64,000 bases of DNA from Candidatus Omnitrophota bacterium (GTDB taxonomy: Bacteria > Omnitrophota > Gorgyraeia > Duberdicusellales > 4484-171). The first letter of the stretch is position 1; the number at the start of each line of letters is the position of its first letter. The stretch is taken from contig JBAWWL010000009.1 of assembly GCA_037146775.1 (NCBI GenBank), positions 4,575 through 68,574 on the forward strand. The letters run 5' to 3'. Below, piece after piece: positions 23,301 through 26,400 of this stretch. A program made the position numbers and the translations under genes. The notes under the pieces are model-generated. The model searched no databases. It saw nothing but the letters and a program-made list of their open reading frames with translations, and was not told the DNA's origin.

Positions 23301-23456
23301 AAGCTGGGTGGGTGCAGGAAGAAACGAAGCGTAGGTTTTGGGAATAGCCTTATCGATATAACCGGCTAAAGCAGTGATAAAGATCGCTGCTGCCACAAAC
23401 AGAGCCACTGCCTTGAAGGGAATACTGGCGCGTTTTTGGTTAATATAGATTATCAT
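1..23456 (-). CDS. Giant protein 2 (partial; C-terminus lies beyond the window start). More than 7818 codons are in the window. Membrane-anchored, multi-AAA+/vWA/HEAT-like/TPR-like protein with an 8x repeated novel module.
   Basis: The ATG at 23456-23454 (minus) overlaps the TAA of giant gene 1 (TAATG). The first ~385 aa are near-identical to the N-terminus of the 6198-aa ORF (MIIYINQKRASIPFKAV...). My hand translation stays in one frame (codon first positions congruent to 2 mod 3) at 23456, 20360, 14813, 12689, 10418, 8978, 8168, 5060 and 5. The ORF track reports no complete minus-strand ORF longer than 88 aa anywhere in 1..23456, which is expected only if a single frame stays open to the window edge. 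All plus-strand ORFs here are short. Confidence 0.78.
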   Translation of the reverse strand, partial: MIIYINQKRASIPFKAVALFVAAAIFITALAGYIDKAIPKTYASFLPAPTQLLEVSPAFNPLVLKGIKVYPDEPFKFDFILDSGDSTSSQKELKQSSEKLIKHFLASLTIPEEDLWVNLSPYEKERVIPQELGITELGKDLLAEDYILKQLMASITYPESPLGKQFWEKVYKKVYQLYGTTELPINTFNKIWIVPDKAVVYQEDSSAFVVESKLKVMLEEDYLALKNNLNNQEYSTSKIKEDKVKALNKVSSEVLKELILPEIEKEVNQGKNFAPLRQVYNSLILSVWFKKQLKESLVGQIYVNRKKTKGIDTPDKQIKEKIYKQYLSAYRQGVYNYIKDEFDTNTQQNINRRYYSGGCDFTKASSALTITNDPSRVISSNKGKSFNLEVMLDTGSGLEEKVQETIAQVKGPVVSSALTAQGELDTNFDKLSQAQDETERAQVTLALSQILNGHSVVVTTPEQLSIIFSAIKQPNNSKKTIEIIAETIHLVLVNNLGLLSLAFDEIKRDDITDKNRYDFIKAIDLALCDARMIKPTHDHLRSIFAVFQRPDNSKNTHQEIARLLNRTLYNNSSLKLTPIQFGVLVAALKSEERGNDAHNNIALAASRALFNNHELLPSALEELKRNDINDKNRIDAAGIIYLALCDARTLQLTPEQLDILLTAIKRGDNSEDTRGTIAATVSQALVNNSALSIYFLKALANLSNDILYILASALVNVAKALTFDSSQMYSLVRLFMERGFIDQAKKLAKEYLEKNSASDLHSHEIANQQVDWPIILNSIDRALLMQEQYRDGYVAVVVAVDSLEQSFLAVQLKNRIYHTDALARGVRLPATPFGEITRTNLQYYLSHYTLSWEEFKEFMDTYYLGFHQHPEKYTASPADESLRPRGKASSTIEVTQAEWERQFGEADTEIKKIEVINRLKKATLQGSQTAIGAVGELANKLKDIITGQASAGIKEAANLTLAAAASEGSKLAVDALKEIVASQIPETIKQSAVGALAAAAHRGGQVAIDALKDIITSETSEIVKQEAILALNMAAARGRQPAMDAIGELATNLKAIITGQSSESLKQAVIQTLGVAAFMGNQPSVVAVGELATNIKAIITGQFSEALKQSAIQTLGAAAHRGNQPTISAIGELVTNLKEIIFGQASADLKSTVIQALGAGAAGNSQAAANTLKEIITSRVSENIKQSAIYNLGNAVAGGSQAATDVVGELIDILRGIIASQASAQIKKISTQAIKIFLEHSPDFLAKEAAKDQSDWSLILNHIDKSILLQQQYLEDYLAVVTNSDLVTQKLLAVKLKQRVYCDDAKMRGVNPVPEPIEISKIQLPLYLSRYTLSWEEFKQFMDAHYTEFHQHPQKYTESPETESLRPKGKVSSAVEVTQAEWERQFNEADTDAKKIEVIVELIRTASVAENSQSLVAATVIGKVSATLKGMIMSLNLQNSHQNFVETAMQALKIAASRNNQSAVNALKDIAISQNSETINVPAINALRAAVSGGSNFAVDALKEIVTSAIAENTRATAIEGLDAVAYDDGQAAISAIGELTVILKNIITNYGSERIKKAAISALSNAASKGSQAAVTVIEELLETLKGIITSQASEAIKRAATEAIKVFLAYSNFLVKEADKQENDWSIVLSGIDRNLLTQGQYYHDYTAIVYSAVVANADSTEQTLLAVQLKNKIYHADALVRGVSLPVTPFGEITLTNLQHYLSRYTLGWKEFKQFMDTNYADFHQYPERFMMSPAEEKLRPEKASSAVPESTIKTQGASSPTSDDWRITQQVQQLLDAIKTAKDDATHKSSITALRRAMIDNPMLAEKIYSAIGEVGVGIDNDPMRMKLFDAFSDAFRGMASQLSESEADRILDILRQKKLDFRSRREFSKVIGAIASNNYVFFNKLVSGITESSDQNVIVPFAWALQQILENTRSMALTSTQIKDLVATMERVNDLGVLQNIRDVLEKARNTNSSILEETLSALKETSSAGVAHELAFILGRASRGSQKNLSYAKQAIEFLLDRGLARSAIVSIVNPILEADPQWLSPSEVYSWIRSFSNKGFLVEAASIVKEYLNKHPETDFTVGVQKDEFDWPVILNSINRQLLMQEQYRDDYAAVVVNTDPAEQALLAVRLKNRIYYADALARGIVLPAAPFSELTRTNLQQYLSHYTLDWEEFKQFMDANYADFHRHPGKYIESPVEESLRPSKASSALSQTATVSEAIHEQDWSRAVQLAQAAMDNDTAKPEDITIWLTDLVAARQVDAVRSISVAAFDGLFGNLSYRGEWIAIVELLSSEITAILRLKQKELLMEKVRKPQFVDGIYHNLSARFPVAREGLSPTKFRTEFPKLFDPEITRTELTLKHESFLRNYIRRLMGERSKLTTDEAIRIKRLSRELTESIIEARKSHRLQTVGEVSYRESMRFRKIFSRWYLHDMRLAKSRVFDYFAMVAIGIYGRFVPWESRQQFAEVLEGVFRRPAFKDLFLEAGVERGSEVNRYKMLELFDYGRFQMDEQKLGPEAEEVKSVPGLPSYRKLSAAAERARACDMPLFVFVPAGHFTDVVVDALSQEADSAGKPNSEVIPVTISGFSQRNELFGKEQPDANGEMDFVDGAIARAIDFALAHSDKQVYFVLENPNFWSGDVRISLHQMLLERKVMLRRAESVSGRKQVEVNLPDNLQVVLTMERSADIGDESFMDRTAGYYLAELEAKEIQQYLALRVGVTAEVADFLVNNVYAKIKESRVFGDKVNVQDVVQIAYYVRGRMNDNNFTVPLLEVARQEAAMHLAAKFSDLQEAEVINALRSVVGDAPRGSVEISADGKTSVFAGIKVDIDPESRFGKHVAERLATDGRVPAFSEALKAVLPKDYFLTNSEEKVFCLLARVYRYSPSKVIYLQGLPGGGKTTIARVFLDIIGCQQEEYTLNNETELSLFRGSLRINPAAKRGVELREPPYWQNRSIDKVGDIINEIDTRLKVMQWLSPNIMARAYRLGLEYGSTDESNPFNRKDFGQGQITILTGNVRRDAPAILAANIPATYCMERSETDIISITRAMFLARMARMKPAGSSASSPMVLTESMVQSKADTLSAVYNAFSREVLAGNFSSKRLVTPRLSEYFNELMFKAIERGESIDKAFNMLLHIVFVFMWDNPQDMETARNIIKTQVTDLSPPPSPQELLKFIREFPLETPVLVLSNGTVTFKEIRDAVILGTAIKDTIVNLSRFHTKRSLIGGMSRTTEDRAPRNKLGILAWTILRAHLEGNERICWLKGYLNMNPQVTPLFNEFFPSNMLPVDEMFDDNVVNDVMALLGQYHQSYSRIRAEFLEAIKSDRVREKYVGKTSAELPERFEDLSPEQKRMLAKFIISYKPKNLSFRAVGMAEEPIALHPADVDRFFTVNVSHEFNKGWVSQYADGQLASIRESGLRKAALECVQAAWQLHEEQKVNGLYPHNRLGRAEIDLFIKEILSRHQAGTLDETTIKLLGYHILAMGLVEQEEDADQSREHKDYRQAYLAATHLNISQLRYSPNFSLEGGVVYYEIIVQVSGKPVVLVRQATEYSDFKELDKFGRYNFYRADSIIPVRLEAPLQSRLAQQASVMLFGNDNMSVVLEGDPGGGKTSGARDAANAEGKDYYEEGMFRRITLGTALGGLTLRGKEIVLNTLEKDAGRRYILPFLRMYSEGGQYVADEGMVSKGAGQVLRWIVSAASQEEIDLGTYHPGLQGIIVKRDPRFCFIITQNYHFKTGSRKPLPREIDLSVGKIRVDNVLSLEDAVMLINYYLEDAQFDDGLKTEMARLHILLSRSHPQRRMISPRDLIDAVQMVRERGVNADAERLEAIYEAIAVNYLEGLSEVEYEIAEKLVRQVFPDFRMPDFSRMQLVDRGNSDVSQEEVTHLEQSPTLARKVRAMECMLLTGGQATYRGRVLGRKQILLHESPSVGGVEFLKLFSRKTGRKMEVVEGSPFTTAKGLLVGESFAFDADFNDEGERTASIDSFRPAHGPLRRHLVTLEELDSIPPARQVPVLIAITNVESIPKNELVKLNELLQSRTIILKDDAGNLTTFVLPSWVTIVAITSDMRQLTSPFANRLRKIGLPDFNNAQEAHAVLSELYPNLTLEETRFLVEVNQQAAAFCAQRRFEQGYEFSMHDLSEMALRLQMFKQIDHGRGAVHNDPFWYAMKATYYVLFAAMCPEDRKVFLEQALAPILASRLSGLDNNQLIKYCRGLLGEIVQQERGLPREVYPKTLNLEDFSERVYKLANGMKVCLRGDSLNILTDADSYEVSWQELSNNEERKLSDGLSIVRQGDTLTLRLNIICAVGANRFSSNEENKRRAVPLEEMSVDDFMYPADSLLDALNALLQAHTPVVAANGKFIPSRIVLVAGETGSGKTTLARMLPRAEGTPLVRTNPWREMRDSHITVSLAFGQTVKMSVADFLLSCGTVNGKRINTAYPTSNRIRILYDEANVTRDVWYILDAIARGERKFNLITPAGDSVEVVLDKELDIILTYNPPERYGGTGKGSNRYAFPAPFSRKCLKVYTSEPLSRYSKTDITATGYSETETYGIMDGVDRRGEAYFKRQNEARRMSELEQAGKFTQEVPDSGFFAVENEAFPVERVPDITPKPLADLAQEIQQHYPQQPVEKLKRTVSEEERQEAAKQAREQVSFDPADLRARMQEFSLASPALSQQQKYAGLVNRVLIKAFVGMAREAVDSGLLREIVALCASVDSELATIVGELYDYYRQSTTSIQGLAICLGKLESNARKNKVYLENSRDKVLRWRGRPILGFSALPIARMLNMGSERLRHVLGDKYRQVFNDNDNPQVIVVVRPQDGTLGYFNSEGDAVVSFLNNTEKEYEVAAHELGHLVSEKIGPENAALAERLHKNGELLSTLFPLLLVPNPKAYVRDVLVAAIRNRRADDDAYALAARDVLNAFLKAHAKARISTDFEEDNIQVAVRLIDGLSDSEIVKLCMLFLNEPAEYFTDVQRGFYYIQQLSVNMAGATHNFDLSSGKLFFTPNVKVINIGEIDVAETDLSDLPPEKEVVDERQERRERLARVSRRELPASSRKWLERYKKLIAPTDDDYEADYEHVSDGGTDIDPEALAAGDYDRVLIAPQFEDEEKLLAQNIMFVIDASGSITSKPVLQRALEDMIYEYATNLLELSRINPDLNISVAVITTRFTPLFDFKQWKAARSHEAKRQLIVDALDRIWTENIDGGGIDGQALLNGLSDIEFPSAGNKDVKNLVVVATDGDEAQAVSPQVMGEALQEKIKQFQHGKYVTATGKPQIQASSHQQIDFVFAGVALDDGGEKLRKNYPCRINLEEQSIEAYLETLLKIALLQVEGHGLEGDVGHVVSAMDKSKAAASSALSTSQAKASSSPLTTQPDKQNGLQRLLAKGKAIVKGLIAKWKAHREVQIILSAQINKNKVLGTNAESVKLKAIKALYNAAIKDRKPAIDVLKEIITSQVPEGIRRAAIEALENAVLYESQYSVVAIGELVDNLKEIIISQASAGIRLTALRALNVAARYGSQPASNALKEIIITQVSGGIHIQYIAISGLKVAALHDSQPAIVAIEELSNTLKEIVFSQVAPDTKEEAIKALGAAAAKDRQSPINALKEIITSRVSADMRSVAIWQLRDIVRSAPVWHRRADSVIIALKEIINSEVSEYIKQTAIDGLSKTAFSDSQPVAIAAIGELADTLRDIVISQASENMRVSAITALRVVAYYGNQPVIAAIEELADTLRDIVISQASEHIKDAAIWALCFATHRASLPAIIALKQIIASQVSQKIKETARGAIKALLYNNDQEFLTREVARAEADWPIILSGIDGALLIRQQYINDYLLVVADMDSNTQSLLAVRLKQRIYLDDAKTRGVNPLPQPYEISQAQLPLCLSHYTEAWEEFKTFMDANYADFHQHPERFTMSPAEESLRPRGKGKASSAVGITLDEMIGKFFEAKTNPDRIAAINQLITTSSNGDPSGKIRATLKLIVTSQYSDKVKEEVMTRLAAAALGGNQAAIATINELIDIFKEIIKVKTSEGIRNSAIWALRTAAVKGNQIAFDAIEELMVVLGAIMNSSVYEKHIKETAKGAIEIYLAHNPEFLSKEAAKGQSDWPIILNHIERSLFERKEYRDGYIAVVTNSDSEVQKLLAVRLKQRIYCDDAKTRGVQPMPKPREISQTELPRYLSRYTEAWEEFKTFMDANYADFHQHPGKYIESPTEESLRPKKGKASGASSALQQEPPVSQGSWSLRKAIQRGVAAVQSWWRQRKEENAQRTVKNFMSMVKTTIGDKRIQRLSRQAARNPILLEHIVRNINESGNTMHSRQILCSVLSDVLRENHSLPLLQAQFDSLFDTFRNSPAVGLRDSLDGVLGSSARFHPEQLERLLVGAEEAEDPLVRESFINALYTALGGEDHLVPFSQGQMNRLLVFVSQPGQSQSFSRSLSLLVFAVLRKNRSLKLSHTQVLSLVEALKQTQDDKTREKYAEALIEALINDRSLASKDLHLDEIIEALSRAKDLAPEYILILLGQIAANNPQVYSRVQEVFQRMATPVYIHHLRQMLPCDSSEPHELKFWMRMLIHWGEPQAAINMASRYLHDSSGNLHSSDVERAEADWPIILDGIDWQLLKDRAYLEEYINVVVGVDSLEQSFLAVQLKNRIYHADARARKVPGLPAQPFSDITRRNLNQYLSRYTLSWEEFKTFMDTHYQEFHQHPETYNESPAEENLRPRGKGKASSALGETYQELIAKLAIEKEPTTQYRLADALATACQQTDWIEITTPQGLDGIFTILNQSQDDATMKLLASALRHIAKKASSRTKFNLEQAGFLAAAIAKANDYFLLSDLAVALGSVARGNPELLSIASAAAEKLFERKLFNKAFDIVQAFAEIGDFSDSVLVYSWMFRFVEKGEASMAKEIGQTYLRSSAFRTAYFEAQAALAQNDWPIILGSINWSLVLRKGTARTYPYKETLFLEGVYHEDYLNIILEKDNDRKNLLAVRIKQRIYLDDAKKRGVHLLPQPREISQTELPRYLSRYTLSWEEFKTFMDANYVDFHQHPEKYTESPAEESLRSGKASSALSFSDRGQAVLDNVQARAQIAEKITLSAFALVTMGGDGYNGNASHELVELADMYAELGNLQKAQDLLELAKGRISGYNEAPIRARISEVYAKLAKSQEAEEMLLSAIEKSEEPYSDPAIIARAAITINRIEKVQQAIQSAGSRRLKENKGHYLAYFAISLAEQNKTDEALAILRGIDSAKDIYSYRDLLVYLVTSGKISADQGIALAQKISKDYDRTDTLIKIAEGLAEKDTEAVLKIVKLLKNDYDQEKVLKLIARQIVARNRPDEITRMQANEIILISLSEAYADQNKMQEALGSAGRIMRTDLRLSTLLYIAKKLALSGDKAQAGRILDRDVLSNIGSSLKYKRSEVFALIAELEILLGRNTQAKQYVDAAIREAESSHVDEDFCILVANILSQLGLWNETFQFINQLKDETRGKALDAIARLAVAANKVEGYQDYSNRGWTPNNTGGSQGRAIAHMALARELAKGGRFDEAVQEARQVSYRDMYSQAYLVVAQVVAAEFRRTNEARVITELNDGMLQGRVIQLISQEMINAGALDRLLNLTRSVGRSEVDGYRAQAFVHIAETLVQVGRREEANLLLQEALTNIRGLDSLSCNSMIRAFRLFAALNPATVLESLQQAQVQLEAFNKKLLQACQPLEEYRGLHVTANLVKSGLTVAQMQDEQFFVPLVQFVRQSGGYLDFNLKYLGDLTVQNAKQTVESWVRVMTEYENPLCVPVMLDGQDANGSMEKIWHYLNGRPAHVTARDAYSWMRLFISLGAANAARDIAKKYIEEYQSKGGKAKL
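2350..2770 (-). repeat. Module copy 8. Translated by hand: LLPQPREISQTELPRYLSRYTLSWEEF.
   Basis: ataatcggccagtcgttctgtgcgag (LAQNDWPIIL) near 2751; ttcttcccaagataaggtgtagcgggaaagataacgcggaagttcagt at 2461-2510. Confidence 0.75.
3365..3740 (-). repeat. Module copy 7.
   Basis: gataatcggccagtcggcttcggccc (AEADWPIIL) near 3721; ttcttcccaagataaggtgtagcgggaaagatat at 3481-3515. Confidence 0.7.
4865..5240 (-). repeat. Module copy 6. Translated by hand: ...MPKPREISQTELPRYLSRYTEAWEEFKTFMDANYADFHQHPGKYIESPTEESLRPKKGKASGASSA.
   Basis: Reverse-complement translation from 5060 downward, in frame with the 23456 start. gataatcggccagtcagattgg near 5221. Confidence 0.8.
5745..6120 (-). repeat. Module copy 5.
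   Basis: aataatcggccagtcggcttc near 6101; ttcttcccaagcctcggtgtagtgggaaagacat at 5866-5900; tail gcactagacgcttttcctttacctcttggcctcaagc at 5746-5785. Confidence 0.7.
6200..7300 (-). repeat. Third HEAT-like repeat array in giant gene 2. It contains exact 50-nt nucleotide repeats 120 nt apart.
   Basis: gaagcctgggaaataacaatatctcttaaggtatcagcaagctc occurs at 6311-6360 and again at 6431-6480. Confidence 0.7.
7600..8170 (-). other. vWA domain with a MIDAS motif (NIMFVIDASGSITSKP ... VVVATDGDEAQ) in giant gene 2, C-terminal to the AAA+ region.
   Basis: Reverse complement of 8141-8180: tta gca caa aat atc atg ttt gtg ata gat gcc agc ggc agt att acg. The codon starting at 8168 is in frame with the ORF. 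Confidence 0.6.
8964..8978 (-). other. HExxH zinc-metallopeptidase motif in giant gene 2 (KEYEVAAHELGHLVSEKIGP).
   Basis: Reverse complement of 8941-8999, in frame with the giant gene 2 ORF. Confidence 0.55.
9900..15600 (-). other. Multi-AAA+ ATPase region of giant gene 2, with at least three canonical Walker A P-loops about 2.1 kb apart. The arrangement is midasin/dynein/MoxR-like.
   Basis: In-frame reverse-complement translations: QGLPGGGKTTIARVF (GGA at 14813), VVLEGDPGGGKTSGARDAA (GGC at 12689), VLVAGETGSGKTTLARML (10418-10380), followed by Walker-B-like RIRILYDEANV (~10150-10200). Confidence 0.65.
16870..17240 (-). repeat. Module copy 4.
   Basis: accggccagtcgaattc (DEFDWPVIL) near 17221; ttcttcccaatctaaagtatagtgactaagatattgctgcaagttagt at 16981-17030. 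Confidence 0.65.
18205..18590 (-). repeat. Module copy 3.
   Basis: aatcgaccaatc (DWS) near 18571; ctttccaacccaaggtatagcgactaagataatgctgcaggttggt at 18311-18360. Confidence 0.65.
18620..19250 (-). repeat. Second HEAT-like 42-aa repeat array in giant gene 2.
   Basis: The same nucleotide periodicity and the AIxALxxAAxxG / LKxIITSQ pattern read on the reverse complement. Confidence 0.5.
19340..19710 (-). repeat. Module copy 2.
   Basis: ataagcgaccagtcggattgg (DQSDWSLIL) near 19691; ttcttcccaagataaggtatagcggctgagatac at 19441-19475; GK-rich tail at 19341-19370. Confidence 0.7.
19780..20700 (-). repeat. Array of 42-aa (126-nt) HEAT/ARM-like alpha-solenoid repeats in giant gene 2.
   Basis: 126-nt period, for example ctggccagtg at 20151 and again at 20277. 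Hand translation: ...AIGELATNLKAIITGQSSESLKQAVIQTLGVAAFMGNQPSVVAVGELATNIKAIITGQFSEALKQSAIQTLGAAAHRGNQP.... Confidence 0.7.
20781..21160 (-). repeat. Module copy 1 of a novel ~130-aa repeated domain in giant gene 2 (DWPIIL ... YLSRYTLSWEEFKxFMD ... HQHPEKY ... RPxGKASSA).
   Basis: Plus-strand landmarks: cggccagtc (DWP) near 21135; ttcttcccaagataaggtgtagtggctaagata (LSHYTLSWEEF) at 20881-20915; Lys/Gly/Ser-rich tail at 20781-20815. Confidence 0.7.
22278..23456 (-). repeat. Copy B of a ~1.18 kb near-identical direct repeat. It is the 5' coding end of giant gene 2 and matches the 5' end of giant gene 1.
   Basis: Pairwise reading of 22278-23456 against 40869-42052. The outer ~100 nt are diverged. 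From ~22385/40976 to the start codons the copies are almost identical, with scattered SNPs (for example atccaggataaagtc versus atctaagataaagtc). Similarity stops exactly at the start codons. Confidence 0.9.
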
Positions 23457-26400
23457 TATTTATAAAGATTAGATTCAAATCTATCTTCTTTTTTTCTTGC
23501 TATATATTTTTCGTGAGAAACCAAAGCTAAATCAACTTTATCCGATTGCGTTTGAGCTTCATCCCGGTTAACTGGATAAGTCTTGAGAATACTGCTTAAA
23601 TTATGTATGGCTTTTATATTTATGATTCGGAAACTAAAACCTTCGAATTTCTTAATATCAAAAGGAATATTGAAACGGCCGAATTTTACACTAGAACCTT
23701 TAACTTCTAATTCAAGATACTTAGGATTAAAATCGATACCACCCGGTTTCGATTCAGAAGAGTTGACCCTGAGCAGAGTCGAAGGATCTATGCCACCAGT
23801 TTTATTATCTTTCGTAGTCTCTTCACCAACATCTCCTCCAATAGTTTGCGTTGCGACAGAACGTAAATTTTGCAAAACTTCCTGCGACGGACTATTTTTG
23901 TCAAAAATAAAACCCCGGCCACTATCTAAAGCATAAACAAAGTCTACACCTTTGGAACTTTTCCTATCTAATTTTGATGGTCCCTCAGGATACTTTGAAC
24001 CTTTAAAATGCGAATGGTATGGCATACTTATTAACCCAGGCTTACCTCTTGCAACACTTTCAAAACTTAAAATTTCCTGATCTACTAAATTTATTCCATA
24101 TCTTTGCATTAATATTTGGCCCCTTTCTCCACCGGGGAAGAATGTACCGATACCACTCGTATTTACCTGCTCTATATCTGAATCGTCTTTATCATAATTA
24201 TCAATCCGCGGGCTCATTACTATCGATCCCACAGGAATAAAATCAACTATTTCAATAATATCTCCTTGGCTACGCGCAATAAAATAACCTTTTCTTTCAA
24301 AATCCGGGGAACGCCCTGACCAAGCAACCATTTTCTCCCATGCCTTTAGCGGAAAATTATATGTCTTGCCTTGATAATCTTGTGCGTAATAGCCTTGGCT
24401 GGAAGATTGCCACTTTTGATGAAAATCTAGCGCTTCTGCAGGCGTCACAATGCGTGTCCATTCAGTTTCTCGAGAAATAGGTTGCGATAGCCTTAAATCA
24501 AAGATTTTTGCTACTGGATCATTTTCTATATTTAGCGCTGAACTTACTTTTTCCTCATGAAAAGCTTCTTTTGCCGGTTCCATAAGCGACAGCACACTTG
24601 AAGCTTGCGTTCCCTTGTCACCTACAGTGTTATGCTCCGCTGGTTTTTTAACGGCTGATTCTTTTGGGGTTATAACGGCGAGAGTCTTAAATCCCTGGAT
24701 AGTTTCATCAATAACTTTGCCGATAAATATCTGATAACGCACAATATTTTGAATGACCGTTGTCCCAGTGGTAGCTCCAGCTAAATCAATATCTTTCTCA
24801 TGAGCAAGGGATACATCTACCATTAATGGTTTCGGCACAACGTTGGTATCGTATACCTCAACCTTGCTGCATTTTCCAGAATCATTTAATTCTATTGATA
24901 AACCAATTGGTAACGACAAATTAAAATGGTTACCCCAGAAGAAAGCATTTTTAAGCATTTCGCGCAATGGATGACGGATATCCCGGCCAAAAATGTTTCC
25001 AGACGGACGCAACCACGGCAATTCATGAACAAAATTTTCAATTCGTGCTTTTACTTTCTTAAACCATGTTCTTTTTATTTCCTTATTCGCGCTGTTTAAA
25101 TCTGGCGCATCCGCTGTCTTTAAATTAAGTACTACTACTCGACCATCCCTAAAAGCTTCTATAACTTTTTCTGCAGCATCTTGAGCAAAGAACGAAACCT
25201 CAACTGTTTCACGGTTAAAAATAGGCGAAGATACAATACTTTTATCTGTTAGGGAAGTTTTCTCTGATATTACTGAACTACTTACCGTTTCTAGTTTCTC
25301 TGGTGGCAAGATATCGCCTGGAATTGCTCTAAGATCTTCAAAATTCCATCCTGGCTGAGTAAAACTATTATAAAAAACTCTTGGGCCAAATCGAACAACT
25401 CTATAAACAGCATAAGTAGGTTGTCGACTAAAATTGCCGGTAGAAACCGGAACTACCATCATTCCGCTACCTTGGCTAAGACGATTGAATAAGCTTTTAG
25501 AAATACCTCCGGGTAAACTTCCATCAACTATAATTCTGTCGAATTTTATCCCATCGATACCGTCTAGCTCGCTAAAAGCATCTCCACGGATAAATTCAAC
25601 GTTCTGATACTTTGGTGAAATTAGTGCTTGCCGATCTCTAGATATTGCAGGGTCTATCTCCACGGTGTATATCTTGCCGTTGCCACTGTTTTTCCCGCCA
25701 TTAAGTAAGTCTGCCAAGACTGCCACCATCCAGCCTGAACCAGTACCAACATGTAATATCTTCTCATCGCCTTTAAGATTGAGTAAAGAAGCTACAAAAC
25801 CAAGATACGGCCCTGACGGCAAAGCTCTTTCGCGATAACCTGCTGGTAGTCTTAAACTATAAGCGTCTTGTATATCAGGCATATCAATAAAGTCTGCCCG
25901 TGGATTAGCTTGCATCGCTCTTAATATTGATTGAATTTGCTCTAGCCTAACTTTTTTACTACTTAAAAAATCTTCTACGTTTTTATAAAATATGTCTTGA
26001 GAAGATGTTGCGGTGACCGCACTTGATGCAGATTGAGAAATGTCGTTCGATTTTTTAGATAACTCTACTTGCGCCAGCGGCGACGATACCGCAGATTCTG
26101 TGGTTTCTGCCATCTGCCTAAAATCCTGAATCGTTTCTGAGTAAGTCTCTTCGTGCCGGCCAATCCATTCCTCCGGCTTAAATTGCTCAACATGTTGCGT
26201 GGCTCTCCTGCCCCAGGCTAATCTGTCTTGAGGAGCTAAACTCATAAATCGTGATAACCCATCTTTTAGAGCATCAGCACGCTGCTCAAAATCAGCATAC
26301 CAAGGAACCAAAAGTCCGCTTTCGCGATCAACTATTGACTCTCTTACTCCAGGAATATCTGAACCAATAACCGGAACACCCATGCTCGCCGCCTCCAGCG

